Shown piece after piece: positions 62,833 through 64,000 of a stretch of DNA of 64,000 nucleotides. Origin of the DNA: Chiloscyllium plagiosum (taxonomy: Eukaryota); NCBI RefSeq assembly GCF_004010195.1, contig NC_057749.1, positions 12,031,282-12,095,281 on the forward strand. Reading direction: 5' to 3'. Numbering within the stretch: position 1 is the stretch's first letter; every line of letters starts with the position of its first letter. The notes beneath the pieces are model-generated. The model was not told the DNA's origin. It searched no databases and was given only the letters and a program-made list of their open reading frames with translations. Both the position numbers and the translations under genes were made by a program.

Positions 62833-62867
62833 CACCTGATGGAGGAGCAGTGCTCTGAAAGCTAGTG
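62833..62867 (+). ncRNA. Hammerhead motif (family B) with one core substitution
   Basis: CAC-CTGATGG-A-GGAGC-AGT-GCTCT-GAA-AGCT-A-GTG. Confidence 0.7.
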
Positions 62868-62939
62868 CTTCCAAATAAACTTGTTGGACTATAACCTGGT
62901 GCTGTGAGATTTTTAACTTTGTCGATAGGAGTTCTTGAA

Positions 62940-63770
62940 GAATTGTGACTCTTCATAACAGCAGCTTCTTCTGAGCAAGGATCTCCCATGCAATAACATC
63001 GGTGTTGGATTTCCCAAGAGAAGCCTTCAAAGAGACATTGAAAAGCTTTTGTTCTTCTCCAATTTGAGCGTGTCCCTTGAGCTGAGCAAAGATGATTTGC
63101 TTTGGCAGTCGGAACTCAAGCATCATAAGTACACGGCCAACTCAAAAGAGTTGGTTTTGGATGATCACAGCCTCGATCCTGGTACTGTTAGCTATTTCAA
63201 GGACAATCATGTTAGTATGCTTATCCTCTCAGCTGATGCAGAGAACCCATTTCAAACAGCTTTGGTGGTATTTCTCAAAAGATCTTGAGCTGGAATTTTT
63301 ATGTAACCAAAGTCTCGGGGCCATACAGAAGAGTCAAAGGATGACTGCCTGGAAAAAGGATCCTGGTATCAGCACAGATGTCACAGTCAAAGACTCTCAT
63401 TCTTGGGAGACTGAAGGCAGTGCTCACAGGTTGGATGTGATGTTGAATCTCAGCATCAATGTGAGCCTCAACCAAAAAGTAGCTTCCCAGGTAGGGGAAT
63501 TGCTCCATGTTTGGCAGGATTTCTCCATTCATCTTAAATAGAGGGACGGACTGGAAGTTGACCTGGGCTGGATTATTTAGGATTTGACTTCTTTGAGTTC
63601 AGACAGAAGCCAGTTCTCCAGTGTGTTGCTGCATAGGCATTAAGCAAGGCTTGAAGATTCTCTTCCAAGAGAACAGAGATGACATTGTTATCTACATACA
63701 GAAGTTTCACAAGCGAGGCCATGTCATTTTCCTCTTAGATTTCAGCCGGTTCAGTCCAAGATCATCTCTA
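62940..63770 (-). mobile_element. RTE-clade LINE remnant
   Basis: NGEILPNMEQFPYLGS..IDAEIQHHIQPVSTAF..TLLYGPET and LLYVDN remnants. Confidence 0.75.
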
Positions 63771-64000
63771 ATGGGGAGTTGGAGGATTTCATCAAATACG
63801 TTCTCGCCGACTATTGCAATTTGGTTTAAGAGTTCTTTGAAATATTGTCTCCATTGCAGGCTGACATTTTCTCAGTCTGTCTCTCAAAAGGATGCCAAGC
63901 TTCGTCTATATTGGTTTGAGGCCAAGGGTGTTGAGTCTGTACATCACCTTGGTGGCGCTGAGGAAACACCAGGTGTCATGCTCGTCAGCAAGGACTTGCA

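Larger units (their letters stand above)
61276..62920. mobile_element. About 1.6-kb fold-back element (PLE family B termini in inverted orientation) with hammerheads near both ends
   Basis: 61310-61990 is the diverged reverse complement of 62020-62486 plus 62800-62920. Centre near gtgtctgtgtctatagacagacagacac. Confidence 0.85.

Noticed and set aside
56830..64000. Further upstream OTUD7A exons (OTU catalytic region)
   Set aside because: No matching peptide with splice sites found by eye. They probably lie beyond the window, but a small exon could have been missed.

Overview
Vertebrate genomic DNA, very probably from a shark (inferred from HE1-type V-SINEs, DeuSINEs and dense CR1 LINEs). Two host genes converge tail-to-tail. 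On + lies the last coding exon of KLF13 (16621-16907: zinc fingers 2-3 and C-terminus). On - lie the last three coding exons of OTUD7A (56714-56828, 55998-56082, 53876-55246, ending in the A20 zinc finger). This is the same arrangement as human 15q13.3. The rest is mostly nested, decayed transposons: CR1 LINEs, Penelope-like elements (PLEs, Neptune type), L1/Tx1, RTE, SINEs, solo LTRs, a Tc1/pogo-type MITE and a Harbinger transposase relic. The most striking signal is a dispersed set of minimal hammerhead-ribozyme motifs (CTGAnGA-stem II-GAAA-palindrome-H) from about three sequence families, with covarying stem II. They occur in long PLE copies, in 90-250 bp TSD-flanked elements, and in fold-back elements. 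One fold-back element spans about 1.6 kb in an OTUD7A intron and has a hammerhead near each end. Repeat boundaries were read by eye and are approximate unless a TSD is quoted.
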